Below are positions 1-9,300 of a DNA stretch of 24,947 bases, in pieces (position 1 is the stretch's first letter; every line of letters begins with the position of its first letter). Under the pieces are notes generated by a model. The model did not search any database. It was given only the letters and a program-made list of their open reading frames with translations, and was not told the origin of the DNA. The DNA is from Candidatus Woesearchaeota archaeon. GTDB lineage: Archaea > Nanobdellota > Nanobdellia > Woesearchaeales > JACPBV01. The translations under genes were made by a program, and so were the position numbers. The stretch is from positions 1 to 24,947 of the forward strand of contig JACPBU010000015.1 of NCBI GenBank assembly GCA_016180165.1. Direction: 5' to 3'.

Positions 1-96
1 TTAAGGATTAAATATTAAGGATATAAGACTTTGCCAGAAAGAATGAGCTTGAGAATCCAGTAAAGGATGAGCCTGAGAATCCAGAAAAATTCCAGG

Positions 97-693
97 TCAA
101 AACTTCAAATATGGCAGCTTTCCGGCAACGCTTTCAATCCCTTCCCTGGCTTCTAAGAGCAGCCTTGTGGAATCCCATGTTCCTTCGAGCAATGATTTTC
201 TTGAGCTTTCTTTCATTGAGAACGGGGCTTTATCTTCGGCATACTCAATTTCTTTCTTAGATATATCAATAATAATCTCATGCCCTGGATTTTCTTCGAT
301 AAAGTCCATCAGTTCGTCAATCTCTTCTTTGGGAAGGGTGATGGTAGGAACCCCCATCATGGTGCAGTTCCCCGAAAAAATCTCTGCAAAACTCTCGCCG
401 ACTATTGCCTTGATTCCCCATCTCATGAGAGCCTGTGGTGCGTGCTCCCTGCTCGAGCCGCAGCCGAAGTTCTTGTTGACAACAAGCACCGAAGCTCCAT
501 TGAACCTCTCATCGTTGAAAGGATGGGCTTTCTTGTTTCCGTTCTCATCGAAGCGCTCATCAAAAAAAGGGTATTTCCCCATGCTAGCAAACGTGACTTC
601 CTTCATGTATCGTGCAGGGATGATCCTGTCGGTGTCAATATCGTTTCCCCGGGTGACGATGCCGGTTCCTTTGATGCGGATTATTTTGGGCAT
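97..693 (-). CDS. leuD: 3-isopropylmalate dehydratase small subunit, bacterial-type
   Basis: IDTDRIIPARY, NFGCGSSREHAPQAL and ESFAEIF motifs; ORF intact. Confidence 0.95.
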   Translation of the reverse strand: MPKIIRIKGTGIVTRGNDIDTDRIIPARYMKEVTFASMGKYPFFDERFDENGNKKAHPFNDERFNGASVLVVNKNFGCGSSREHAPQALMRWGIKAIVGESFAEIFSGNCTMMGVPTITLPKEEIDELMDFIEENPGHEIIIDISKKEIEYAEDKAPFSMKESSRKSLLEGTWDSTRLLLEAREGIESVAGKLPYLKF

Positions 694-770
694 TGGTAAA
701 TTAAAGTATTACTCCCCACCATATAAAATTAGCGTTTTCGAGCTGAAATTTAATTTCTTGAAGGATTACT

Positions 771-788
771 CATTAGTGGTCACTAATG
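771..788. promoter_or_regulatory. Perfect 8-2-8 palindrome CATTAGTG-GT-CACTAATG just upstream of a BRE/TATA; operator-like
   Basis: Seen directly between the divergent leuD and methyltransferase genes; function is inferred. Confidence 0.45.
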
Positions 789-827
789 GAAAGATTTATA
801 AAACATTTAGAACACCTTCAATATTAG

Positions 828-1781
828 ATGATTTCTATGAAAAACGCCAAAGGTTCTAAGCCTGACCCTCGACAAATAAGCCCCATTGCTGTAATATGCG
901 CTAAATCCTTGGCAAGAGATTCTAATGTGCCTTATGCTAGAGAAATTTGGAAAGAACTGGGAAGGTATGACACTGCCGTTATTCGAGAAGGGAATCTCCG
1001 CCTTATCAATTTTTTAAGAAGGCTATTGTTTTTATATCCGAGTGTCTCAGGGCTAAAATCAATCCTGGAAGGAAGGCATTTGGCTATTGATTATGCTTTA
1101 GAAGCTGAAGGCAACCCCCATGTGATGGAATTAGCATCTGGGCTTTCTCCAAGAGGCTTGTATTTTACACGATGGGATTCGGGCCTAGTCTACATAGAAA
1201 CAGAATTGGAAGGATTACTACAGATAAAGAGAGAAATTGTAACTGGAATAAGGAAAGCAGAGTTGCTGGAAGGGCGCGCTGCAACCCCAAACTATCATTT
1301 AAGTCCATTAAACGTTGTCGATAGATCCCAGTTTATGGAAGCAGTCAAGCCCTATGCAAGTTCTAAGAAAGATAGGCCTTTGGCAATTGTGCATGCTGGC
1401 CTTTTCCCATACCTTGATAAGGAGGAGCAAAAAAAGATGAGAGATAATGTTGCAGAAGCGTTAAGAACATACAGCCCAAATGGTATGTGGATTACGCCGG
1501 ACTTGGTGATAGATGAAAAAGAATTGAAGTCAAATTTGTTGATGAGATTGTTGATGAAATTAATAGAGATAAAAACGGGCAGAAAGTTTACCTTTTTCGA
1601 AAGTGAAGAGGAAACAGAGAAATTCTTAGCAGAAGGCGGATTTACAAAACAAACCATCCCAAGCGCTTATCTGGCGGATAGATTAAGCTGTGTTGATATT
1701 TTAAAATTAAATCGAGAACAAGTAAGGCAAAAAGCCCGAATGTTTGATATTTATAAAATGAGATTATGCTCACCAACGTAA
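828..1781 (+). CDS. Class I SAM-dependent methyltransferase (LCM/O-methyltransferase-like)
   Basis: Motif I VMELASGLSPRG followed by YIETEL; BRE-TATA aagatttataaaa about 25-30 nt upstream. Start could be 828 or 837. Confidence 0.75.
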   Translation: MISMKNAKGSKPDPRQISPIAVICAKSLARDSNVPYAREIWKELGRYDTAVIREGNLRLINFLRRLLFLYPSVSGLKSILEGRHLAIDYALEAEGNPHVMELASGLSPRGLYFTRWDSGLVYIETELEGLLQIKREIVTGIRKAELLEGRAATPNYHLSPLNVVDRSQFMEAVKPYASSKKDRPLAIVHAGLFPYLDKEEQKKMRDNVAEALRTYSPNGMWITPDLVIDEKELKSNLLMRLLMKLIEIKTGRKFTFFESEEETEKFLAEGGFTKQTIPSAYLADRLSCVDILKLNREQVRQKARMFDIYKMRLCSPT

Positions 1782-1922
1782 GTATTTATACAAAAAAGTT
1801 TGTTGCTTCATAATACGAAAAAACACCTTATGTTTTTTGTATCCCTCTGGGATAAACAAGTGACCTTATGTATAGAAACTAGTGTCACTTGTTATAGATT
1901 AGTGGGGAAGTATGAATTGGGT

Positions 1923-2003
1923 TCACACAAATTCCGTCACATCCACCACTTCCCCATGCACCGCAGCAGCAGCGACTATCGAAGGGCTCATCACAAGTGC
2001 ATC
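1923..2003 (-). pseudogene. Diverged remnant of a LeuC C-terminus (DALVMSPSIVAAAAVHGEVVDVTEFV*)
   Basis: Aligns without gaps to the end of leuC at 2509 ([26 protein letters not shown]). Confidence 0.8.
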
Positions 2004-2061
2004 TTCTTTTTCTGCATTTGTAATAGATAATTATTTAAAGCCTTTGTTCTTTCTGTAATGG

Positions 2062-2280
2062 ATGGAGCGTCGGCTTTCAGTTGTTGTTTCTAAAGAAGAG
2101 GATTTTTTTGTAGCTAGGGGAGTGGAAATAGAGCTTGCCAGCCAAGGAAAAAGTGTAGAGGAGGCTTTAGATAACCTTAAAGATGCCTTTGGCCTTTGGC
2201 TTAAGCATGCAGAGCCCGAAGAGCTTGCCCCTATAAGCGGAAAACAGTCTCCCCTCGTTACCCAAGTTGTCGCTGCATGA
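2062..2280 (+). CDS. hicB: HicB-like antitoxin, short form without DNA-binding domain
   Basis: ASQGKSVEEALDNLKDAFGLWL motif; ATGA overlap with the toxin gene. Confidence 0.88.
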   Translation: MERRLSVVVSKEEDFFVARGVEIELASQGKSVEEALDNLKDAFGLWLKHAEPEELAPISGKQSPLVTQVVAA

Positions 2281-2507
2281 AATTGCCAATACTTTCCGGA
2301 AGAGAGATGGTAAAGATTCTTTGTAACGAATTTGGATTTGCCTTTCTGGACCAGACAGGAAGCCATGTCATTCTGTTCAGGGAGCGTTATGGAATAAAGA
2401 GGAAACCGGTCGTTCCGCAGCATCCAGAGCTTAGGACAGGAACATTGTTAAGCATCTTAAAACAGGCGGGATTGACGAGAAAAGATTTGGAAGATGTTTT
2501 AAAATAA
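2277..2507 (+). CDS. hicA: HicA mRNA interferase toxin
   Basis: LSGREMVKIL...QTGSHVIL...VPQHPELRTGTLLSILKQAGL with the catalytic GSH. Confidence 0.92.
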   Translation: MKLPILSGREMVKILCNEFGFAFLDQTGSHVILFRERYGIKRKPVVPQHPELRTGTLLSILKQAGLTRKDLEDVLK

Positions 2508-2508
2508 T

Positions 2509-3922
2509 CTAAAGAATATTTCTCACATCCACCACTTTCCCATTAATTGCGGCAGCTGCCACCATCGCAGGGCTCATCAGCAATGTCCTTCCTTTTGGGC
2601 TTCCCTGCCTGCCGATGAAGTTCCTGTTCGACGAAGATGCGCAGAGCTGGCCTCCTTTCAGCCTGTCGGTGTTCATGCCGAGGCACATCGAGCAGCCTGC
2701 GCCCCTCCATTCAAACCCAGCGGCAATAAATATTCTGTCCAGCCCTTCTTTTTCAGCAGCTTTTTTCACCTGCTGTGAACCCGGAACGACGATTGCCTTA
2801 ACATGTGCCGCAACCTTCTTTCCCTTAACAATCCCGGCAGCTTCCCTCAGGTCGGAAATCCTTGAGTTTGTGCATGAGCCGAGGAATGCGACATCAATCT
2901 TTTTTCCCTCGATAGGTTCATTCTCCTTAAACCCCATATGCTCCAACGCCCTTTGGGCAGTCATCTGCTCGTCTTTTGGAAATGATGAGATGGCAGGAAT
3001 CCTTTCCGATATCCCGATTGCCTGCCCGGGATTTATTCCCCAGGTAACTGTCGGCTCTATCTTTGAAGCATCGAGCTCAACAATATCGTCGTAAAGCGCA
3101 TCCCTGTCTGATGCGATAGATTTCCAGTATTTCAAAGCTTTCTCGAATATTCCATCATCAGGCTTTGGGGCAAACTCTCTCCCTTTGATGTAAGCAAAAG
3201 TCTTTTCGTCGGGATTCACATAGCCGCAGGTAGCGCCGCCTTCGATGCTCATATTGCAGACAGTCATGCGCTCTTCCATGCCCATAGCTTCCACCGCTGT
3301 CCCTGAATACTCATAAGCAAAGCCGATGCCGCCATTGACTCCAAGTTTTCTGATTATTGTGAGAATGACATCTTTGGCATAGACACCCTTGCCAAGAGCA
3401 CCGTTAATGGCAATTTTCCTCACTTTTGGCTTTGACAGCGCAAGGCATTGAGTAGCGAGGATATCCCTGACCTGCGAAGTTCCTATTCCGAATGCGATGC
3501 TCCCAAAAGCGCCATGCGTCGAAGTGTGAGAATCACCGCATGCTATCGTCATTCCGGGCTGAGTCAATCCCAGCTCCGGGCCGATGACGTGGACAATGCC
3601 CTGCCTTGCATCCCTCATCCCTGACATCAAAAAGGCTGATGCCAAACTCCTTTGCGTTCTTCTCAAGCTCCTGCATCATCTTTTCAGCCATATCGTCGGA
3701 AAATGGCCTGCTTTGATTGTCAGTTGGAACGATGTGGTCAACAGTTGCAAATGTCATTTTTGGATAGAGAACTTTTAATCCCATCTCCCTGAGCATCTGG
3801 AATGCCTGAGGGGAAGTTACTTCATGGATAAGGTGAAGGCCGATAAAGAGCTGGGTCTGGCCGGTTGGCAGTTTTCTGACTGTATGCAGCTTCCAGGCTT
3901 TGTTAAAGAGGTTTTGCGGCAT
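2509..3922 (-). pseudogene. leuC: 3-isopropylmalate dehydratase large subunit, frameshifted by a 7-bp tandem duplication
   Basis: N-terminal part ([17 protein letters not shown]) and C-terminal part ([28 protein letters not shown]) lie in different frames. CATCCCT is repeated at 3609-3622; removing one copy gives [14 protein letters not shown]. Confidence 0.9.
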
Positions 3923-4128
3923 AATAAATGAAAAATGGCTGGAGATTTAAAAGTTGTTGTTTTTTTATATTTCGGCAGATGTATATCCTGAGTCTTTCTG
4001 GGGCTCTACCTCTTATCGGCAAAAAGGAAGGGCATGTGCAGGTGTTTGTTACCGGAGAGTAGCAAGGATAGAAAGATTTAAAAAGGATGATGCATCACCA
4101 TCCCTACCAAATCCGGAGGTTGAGAAAA

Positions 4129-4887
4129 ATGCCAATTCGAGAAGAAGATGTAGGTGAAGGTGAGTTAAAGAGGCGAGCTATGGGTGACGAATCCGCTGAG
4201 GACAGTATGAACTCAGGTGCTGCGGAGCTTAATGATTTTGTACCTTCAAGCTCAAGAGAATCAACTGAAGGATTGCAGATAATCAGCTTAGTTACACCAA
4301 GGGAAGTGAAAACTCAACTTTTGGGGGAAGAAACACGTATACCTGAGCATGTTAAAGGCACCGGGCCTACTCCATCTTATATTATTACCAGCGCAATAAC
4401 TGTTGACCAGCTTGTTGATCGTATCAAGGGTGATGAGGTTTTCCAGGATACTGGATGGAGCAGGAAAGACTTCCATCAATCATTCTTGGAATTATGCAGA
4501 AATGAACCTTCTTATGCAGGCTCTATTGCTGAGGTTGGAGGGAAGGCTACCGGGGTTTGGGATTATAGTGGAACCCGCTCCCAAGAGTTTGAAGGCTCTT
4601 CAAGAACGCATTACAGAGTCTTTCAATTTATTGACCAAAGAGTTAGTTTAAACCCTTCAGAGACGGCCAGGGCCATTTTAGGAAAGCGTGTAGAAGATGA
4701 TGACCCGCTTTTGCGTGCGCTTCAAGAAGAAGCGGAAGATTCCGCTCCAAACCAGCTTTTAACCGCATTGATGGCTCAAATCTATAAGGAAAGCAAAGCT
4801 GAGGGAAAGGGCCCAGTTGTGTTTATTGATGGAAAGTGGCAGGTATTTACTGCCTACCCTTTTAACGCTCGCAAAAAAGGAGCCTGA
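4129..4887 (+). CDS. Hypothetical protein, 252 aa
   Basis: GGAGGT ribosome-binding site at 4115-4120 before ATG 4129; long ORF followed by a T-tract; no recognisable motif. Confidence 0.75.
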   Translation: MPIREEDVGEGELKRRAMGDESAEDSMNSGAAELNDFVPSSSRESTEGLQIISLVTPREVKTQLLGEETRIPEHVKGTGPTPSYIITSAITVDQLVDRIKGDEVFQDTGWSRKDFHQSFLELCRNEPSYAGSIAEVGGKATGVWDYSGTRSQEFEGSSRTHYRVFQFIDQRVSLNPSETARAILGKRVEDDDPLLRALQEEAEDSAPNQLLTALMAQIYKESKAEGKGPVVFIDGKWQVFTAYPFNARKKGA

Positions 4888-5088
4888 GCAAAAAGCTAAA
4901 TAATCATTTTTTTCAGCAGCACATTTTGGGGCTGCTCATTTGCATCTTCAATTTGATAGTATGAGCCATAGCAAATAACGCAAAAATACTTACGGATAAA
5001 TATTGATGGATAATAGTAGCCCTTTCGTAATACGAAAATACGATTGTTGCCCGTTTGTAACACGAAAAACACGTTATTTTTTTGTAAA

Positions 5089-5193
5089 AAAAATGCGAAC
5101 TATCCCCGCCCTAAAGGGCGGGGCTTTTACGTTCGCATTTTTAGATTCAAAAGTCGCTCTAAAGAGCGGGGCTTTACACCCAGCGACTTTTGA
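5089..5193. mobile_element. Two tandem IS200/IS605-type terminal hairpin units with no transposase (PATE-like remnant)
   Basis: CCCCGCCC-TAAA-GGGCGGGG and CGCTC-TAAA-GAGCG, both followed by GCTTT(T)AC and each enclosed by a perfect 12-bp inverted repeat. Confidence 0.6.
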
Positions 5194-5423
5194 GTAATAA
5201 GGGATACGGAAAAACGATTTTCGTTTTTTGTACCACGCAGGTGTAAGCAAACGGCATATCTTTGCCTAACGAAAGCATTCCACAAATCGGAGGGATGTTT
5301 AGTCCTCAAAGCCCGTATAAATTTATTATTATTGCGGTTATTGGCAAAATTGTGTCGTTGGTTAGAATTGGCGATTTACTATTGGCGAATCTGATTTGAA
5401 CAAGATTGAAAAACAGGAAGACA

Positions 5424-6365
5424 ATGGCAAAAAAGCAAACTGACGTCATTAAAATCCCGGTAAAAGAATTCCGATACGAAGCCTGCAGGATTATTCCCCA
5501 GAAGGAGTATTCTATCACTGAACAGCCTTTTTACCGCCCCATAGAGAATGAAGTGGACGATGCCTTAGCTGCTTACCTTGATGGCAAATCGGTCCTTCTT
5601 CTTGGGCCAACCGGAACCGGAAAGAACCGCCTTGTTGAATACCTAAACTGGAGAGCAAACAAACTTTTAAGGGAGCAGGGGGATAAAACTGTCATCCCCT
5701 TATACAAGCTCGTCGGAAATGAAGATATTCTTACATCTGAATTAGTCAGCAGGGGTTCTCTTCAAAAGGCTGTTGAGGAAGGTATACTTGAAAGCTGCGT
5801 AAGGGAAGGGGGCATTTTTTATTTTGATGAAATCTTTCAGGCAAGGGATGAGCTGAGGACAATTGTCCATGAGGTAACTGATAATCGGGGCAGGATGCTC
5901 AGTGATCCAAGGCAGGAGCTGGTTTTCCGCCCCGGGAGGACCTTCGGATTTTTTGCTGCCGGTAACCCGATGTACCTGGGCCCTGACCAGGCGATGAACA
6001 GGGCAACGATGGACAGGTTTTTCACTATCTGGATGAATTATCCCCCTGAGCCTGCAGAAATTGAGATTGTGTTAAAAGAGGGGCAGGTCAACGAAGAAAT
6101 CGCTTCTGCCCTGGTCAAGCTTGCCGGGGAAACGAGAAAACTTAAGGGGAGCTATGGATTAAGGGAAGGTGCCAGCACGCGGGCTCTTGTCGAGGCGGCA
6201 CAGCTTTACGCACAAGGGATGCCTCTTCCAAGGGCAGTCAAGGGCAGGATTATCAATACTCTTACCCATGACCAGGGAGACCTTGCAAAGATACAGAAAG
6301 CCCTCCGCGATGACTCCCTCAAGGTTCCTCCAATAATCTTCGGGGAAGGAAATGGCCAAAAATGA
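5424..6365 (+). CDS. MoxR-family AAA+ ATPase, CbbQ/NirQ/NorQ subfamily
   Basis: PFYRPIENEV N-terminus, Walker A GPTGTGKN, Walker B IFYFDE, AGNP, MDRF, YPPEPAEIEIV and GLREGASTRAL. Confidence 0.9.
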   Translation: MAKKQTDVIKIPVKEFRYEACRIIPQKEYSITEQPFYRPIENEVDDALAAYLDGKSVLLLGPTGTGKNRLVEYLNWRANKLLREQGDKTVIPLYKLVGNEDILTSELVSRGSLQKAVEEGILESCVREGGIFYFDEIFQARDELRTIVHEVTDNRGRMLSDPRQELVFRPGRTFGFFAAGNPMYLGPDQAMNRATMDRFFTIWMNYPPEPAEIEIVLKEGQVNEEIASALVKLAGETRKLKGSYGLREGASTRALVEAAQLYAQGMPLPRAVKGRIINTLTHDQGDLAKIQKALRDDSLKVPPIIFGEGNGQK

Positions 6366-9300
6366 GTGGCTTGAGCAAAGGATTGAGGAAGAGCTCAATA
6401 AAACAAATATTGACTCCCAGGACAGAGCTCGGATAAAAAAGATACTCCGGGAAGCAGTTGGATCCCTCAGCGATTTGATCCGCCCAGGCCTGCAGGAATT
6501 TCCTTTGCCGCCTTTGAGCAAAGCGATAGCTTCCGTCGGCGGAGAAGGGCTTGAAGATTATTTCTCCCTGTACACCCTGTTGTATCGGGGGATCGATAAA
6601 AATTCAGGAATATTTAAAAAAGGCAGATTGCCCACGAAGGTAGAGCCTGTTTCTGAAAAGCTGGATGAGCTTTTGGCGTTGCTGCCCAACGGGCACCTTC
6701 CTGCATTGGCTGAGCTTTCCAGGAAATTCCATTCAACCTACCACCTTCAAGAGCGGGTAGACCAGCAGTTTAAATTCCTCCATGCATATTTATCTGCCAA
6801 TGCTTCCCTCAATGGCGATGCCAGCCAAAAGGATAAGCTGGATATCCAATATAAGGCAGCAGGCTCCCTGCTCTCCAGCGGTGCTGCGTCAAAGACCGTT
6901 TTGGGGTTCCTAAAATGGTGGCCCAAAATCGCCAAACCTCTCAATGTTCAGGATTTGAGGCATTGGAATGATGCTTTTCACCATTATCTCAATCCAAAGC
7001 CGGGAAGACTCCCAGCGAATGATGTTGTATTGTCAAACTTTATTGAAGACGCGGGGGAGCGGCACCGGAATCCCCATCCCATGTATCTTGCCGCACTGAA
7101 GGAGATTTCCCAGGGCCATAATCTTGAGGGGATTCCACAGGTTTATTTTGATATTGCCGATGAATTCCAGGATAGGCTAAAATCAAGATCAGAAAGAAGT
7201 GAAAGGGCAGGATACATCGATGATTTTGCGCAGATAAGCGAAAAGTTATCTTCCTTATCCCCGGAAATAAAGGGCCATCTGAGCAGCATCCAAAAATTGT
7301 CAAAGGATAGGCCCAGCACGTCTTTCACCAGCTATGCTATCATAGTCGATAGCAATTATACTCCCGATGAGTCCCTCGCGCTTTTTAGTTTTATCTCTCA
7401 TGCGGCAGAAAAGCTCAATGGCGACCAGAGGTTTATTGGCCTTTTGGACGATTTGAGAAATGCGGCAATCGAAAGAGGAGGTAGGGACTTAAAGAACATC
7501 CTTTCATTTGCAGGTAGCCTCATACCGGGGAATCTCCCCCTCATGAGCCAATTTCTTGAAGATACCCTGACTTTTGGGCCGGACATCCCCCTTTCAGCTC
7601 CGGCAAGCCTTGCTGATATTGCCATAACACTGTATAAAGAAAATGAATATGCTCCAGAGGGCCAGCGAAAAGACCAAAAGCAGCTTCGCGATTCATTTTC
7701 CATGATTGAACAGAGATTCCACACAATAAAAGATCCAGACATCAAAGTGCTATTGTCTACAGCATACAGGGATATGATTGATGCGCATCCTTACGAATCC
7801 AGGATGGCCGATAATTCTCCACCACTTGATTCTGCTTTATTGATCGATGCCTTTTCAAAAGCTATTGAGGTTTCCCCTGATAATTATTACTTCCAGCACA
7901 CCGTTGCCCAGCTAATAACTTCTGGCTCAAAAAAGATGAGGAGGTTCCTGTCTCCCTTCATTTCGAAACTGGAAGGCATCATGCAGGCCATCTCCTTAGG
8001 AAGGGAGGAGTTTTGCAAATATATGTCCATGCTGGTTGAAATCATCGGAGCGAAAGCATCTGCATCAGAGCAGAATTTTGATAATGAAATAAGGCATTAC
8101 CTAAGAGAGACTAGCGCCATCCCAAAAGCAAGGAACAGGATCAGAGATGCCAATGTTCGGTTTTTTGAAAGACTATACAAGACAAACTTTGATTTTTTCA
8201 CTAATGAAAAAGGCGATGTACCGCCAAATGTAAAGTTTACTCTCGAAGAATTGTTTAAAGTTGGGGAGAGGGTGCCCTATAAGCGAAGGCTAACCTATCT
8301 CGATGTTGAAGGGGCAATCCTCGATTCAGTAAATGCATGGTTGGAAGACAGGATCAAAAGCGCAGAGAAAAGCAGGCTCCATGACATTTTTCTAAGGATG
8401 TATTGCAGCTGTGAAGAGGATGGCTTGCCTCAGATGATCGGGCGCCTTCCGAAATTCAGAGAAGCTTTAGGAACTATGCCTGAAGCCTTCCAAAAAGACG
8501 CTTTGCAGCAGGCTGAAAAACTTCTTGGATTAAACTATGAAGTTGGGATGGCCAATCCAGTCTTTTTGAGAGGGGATAAGTCATCGAAGGATCAGGTGGC
8601 ACTTGCCGCATCATTTCTTGAGCATTCTGGAAAAGCTTATGCCTCGCTTGGCAAGGATGTGGGGCTATGGTTGGAGCAGGGAATACAGCAAGCTCACTCG
8701 CCTCAGGAATTGATGGGTTTCTTAAATGATGAGCATAGCTACTTTATCGGCAAGTTCAAGGAAAGAGCGACTGGATTGAGGCTCGTCGACGTAAGCCAGC
8801 GGATAAAAGTCTACACTCAGATGCTGTCAGGGCAAAGCTTTGAGATACGTTCGACACCCAGCCATCTGCCGACGCGCTTTGAGCAGGGGATCATCTACCT
8901 GCCGGAAGCAGTCTATTTTTCAAAAGATTTTGAAGAAAACCTGTTGGAGTTTAAGGCAAGGGCATCCTATCCATGCGGAGCCTTGTTGTATGGCACATTT
9001 CATTTTACCGATGATGGAAAAGATCTCCTCAGGCAGCGGGGCCTGGATGATGCGGGGAATGTCGAAAGCATTTTTGCATCATACGGCAACAGGCAGTTTG
9101 CCGACACCCTTTTTTACATCCTTGAGGTCAATAGGATTGATGGGCAGTTGAGAAGGGAGTTTCCAAGGATCAGGCCAATCTTAGATGCTTACAAGCGCAA
9201 TACCCTCGAAAATGGAAGGTTCGATCAGGTATCCGGATACGAGGCAGAAGAAGTTTTAGCGCGGTTATACCAGCACTTTCTGGGCGAAGATACAATGCCG

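Noticed and set aside
167-859. Long antisense ORFs over leuD, and similar ones over leuC, cysE and cysS
   Set aside because: They are shadows of well-supported genes on the opposite strand and have no motifs.
1853-1897. Integron attC site (AAC...GTT in a hairpin)
   Set aside because: Poor match to RYYYAAC/GTTRRRY, no extrahelical bases, no second site and no integrase.
5127-5309. 60-aa ORF as a TnpB C-terminal remnant
   Set aside because: No zinc-finger or RuvC residues; the resemblance comes only from translating the hairpin.
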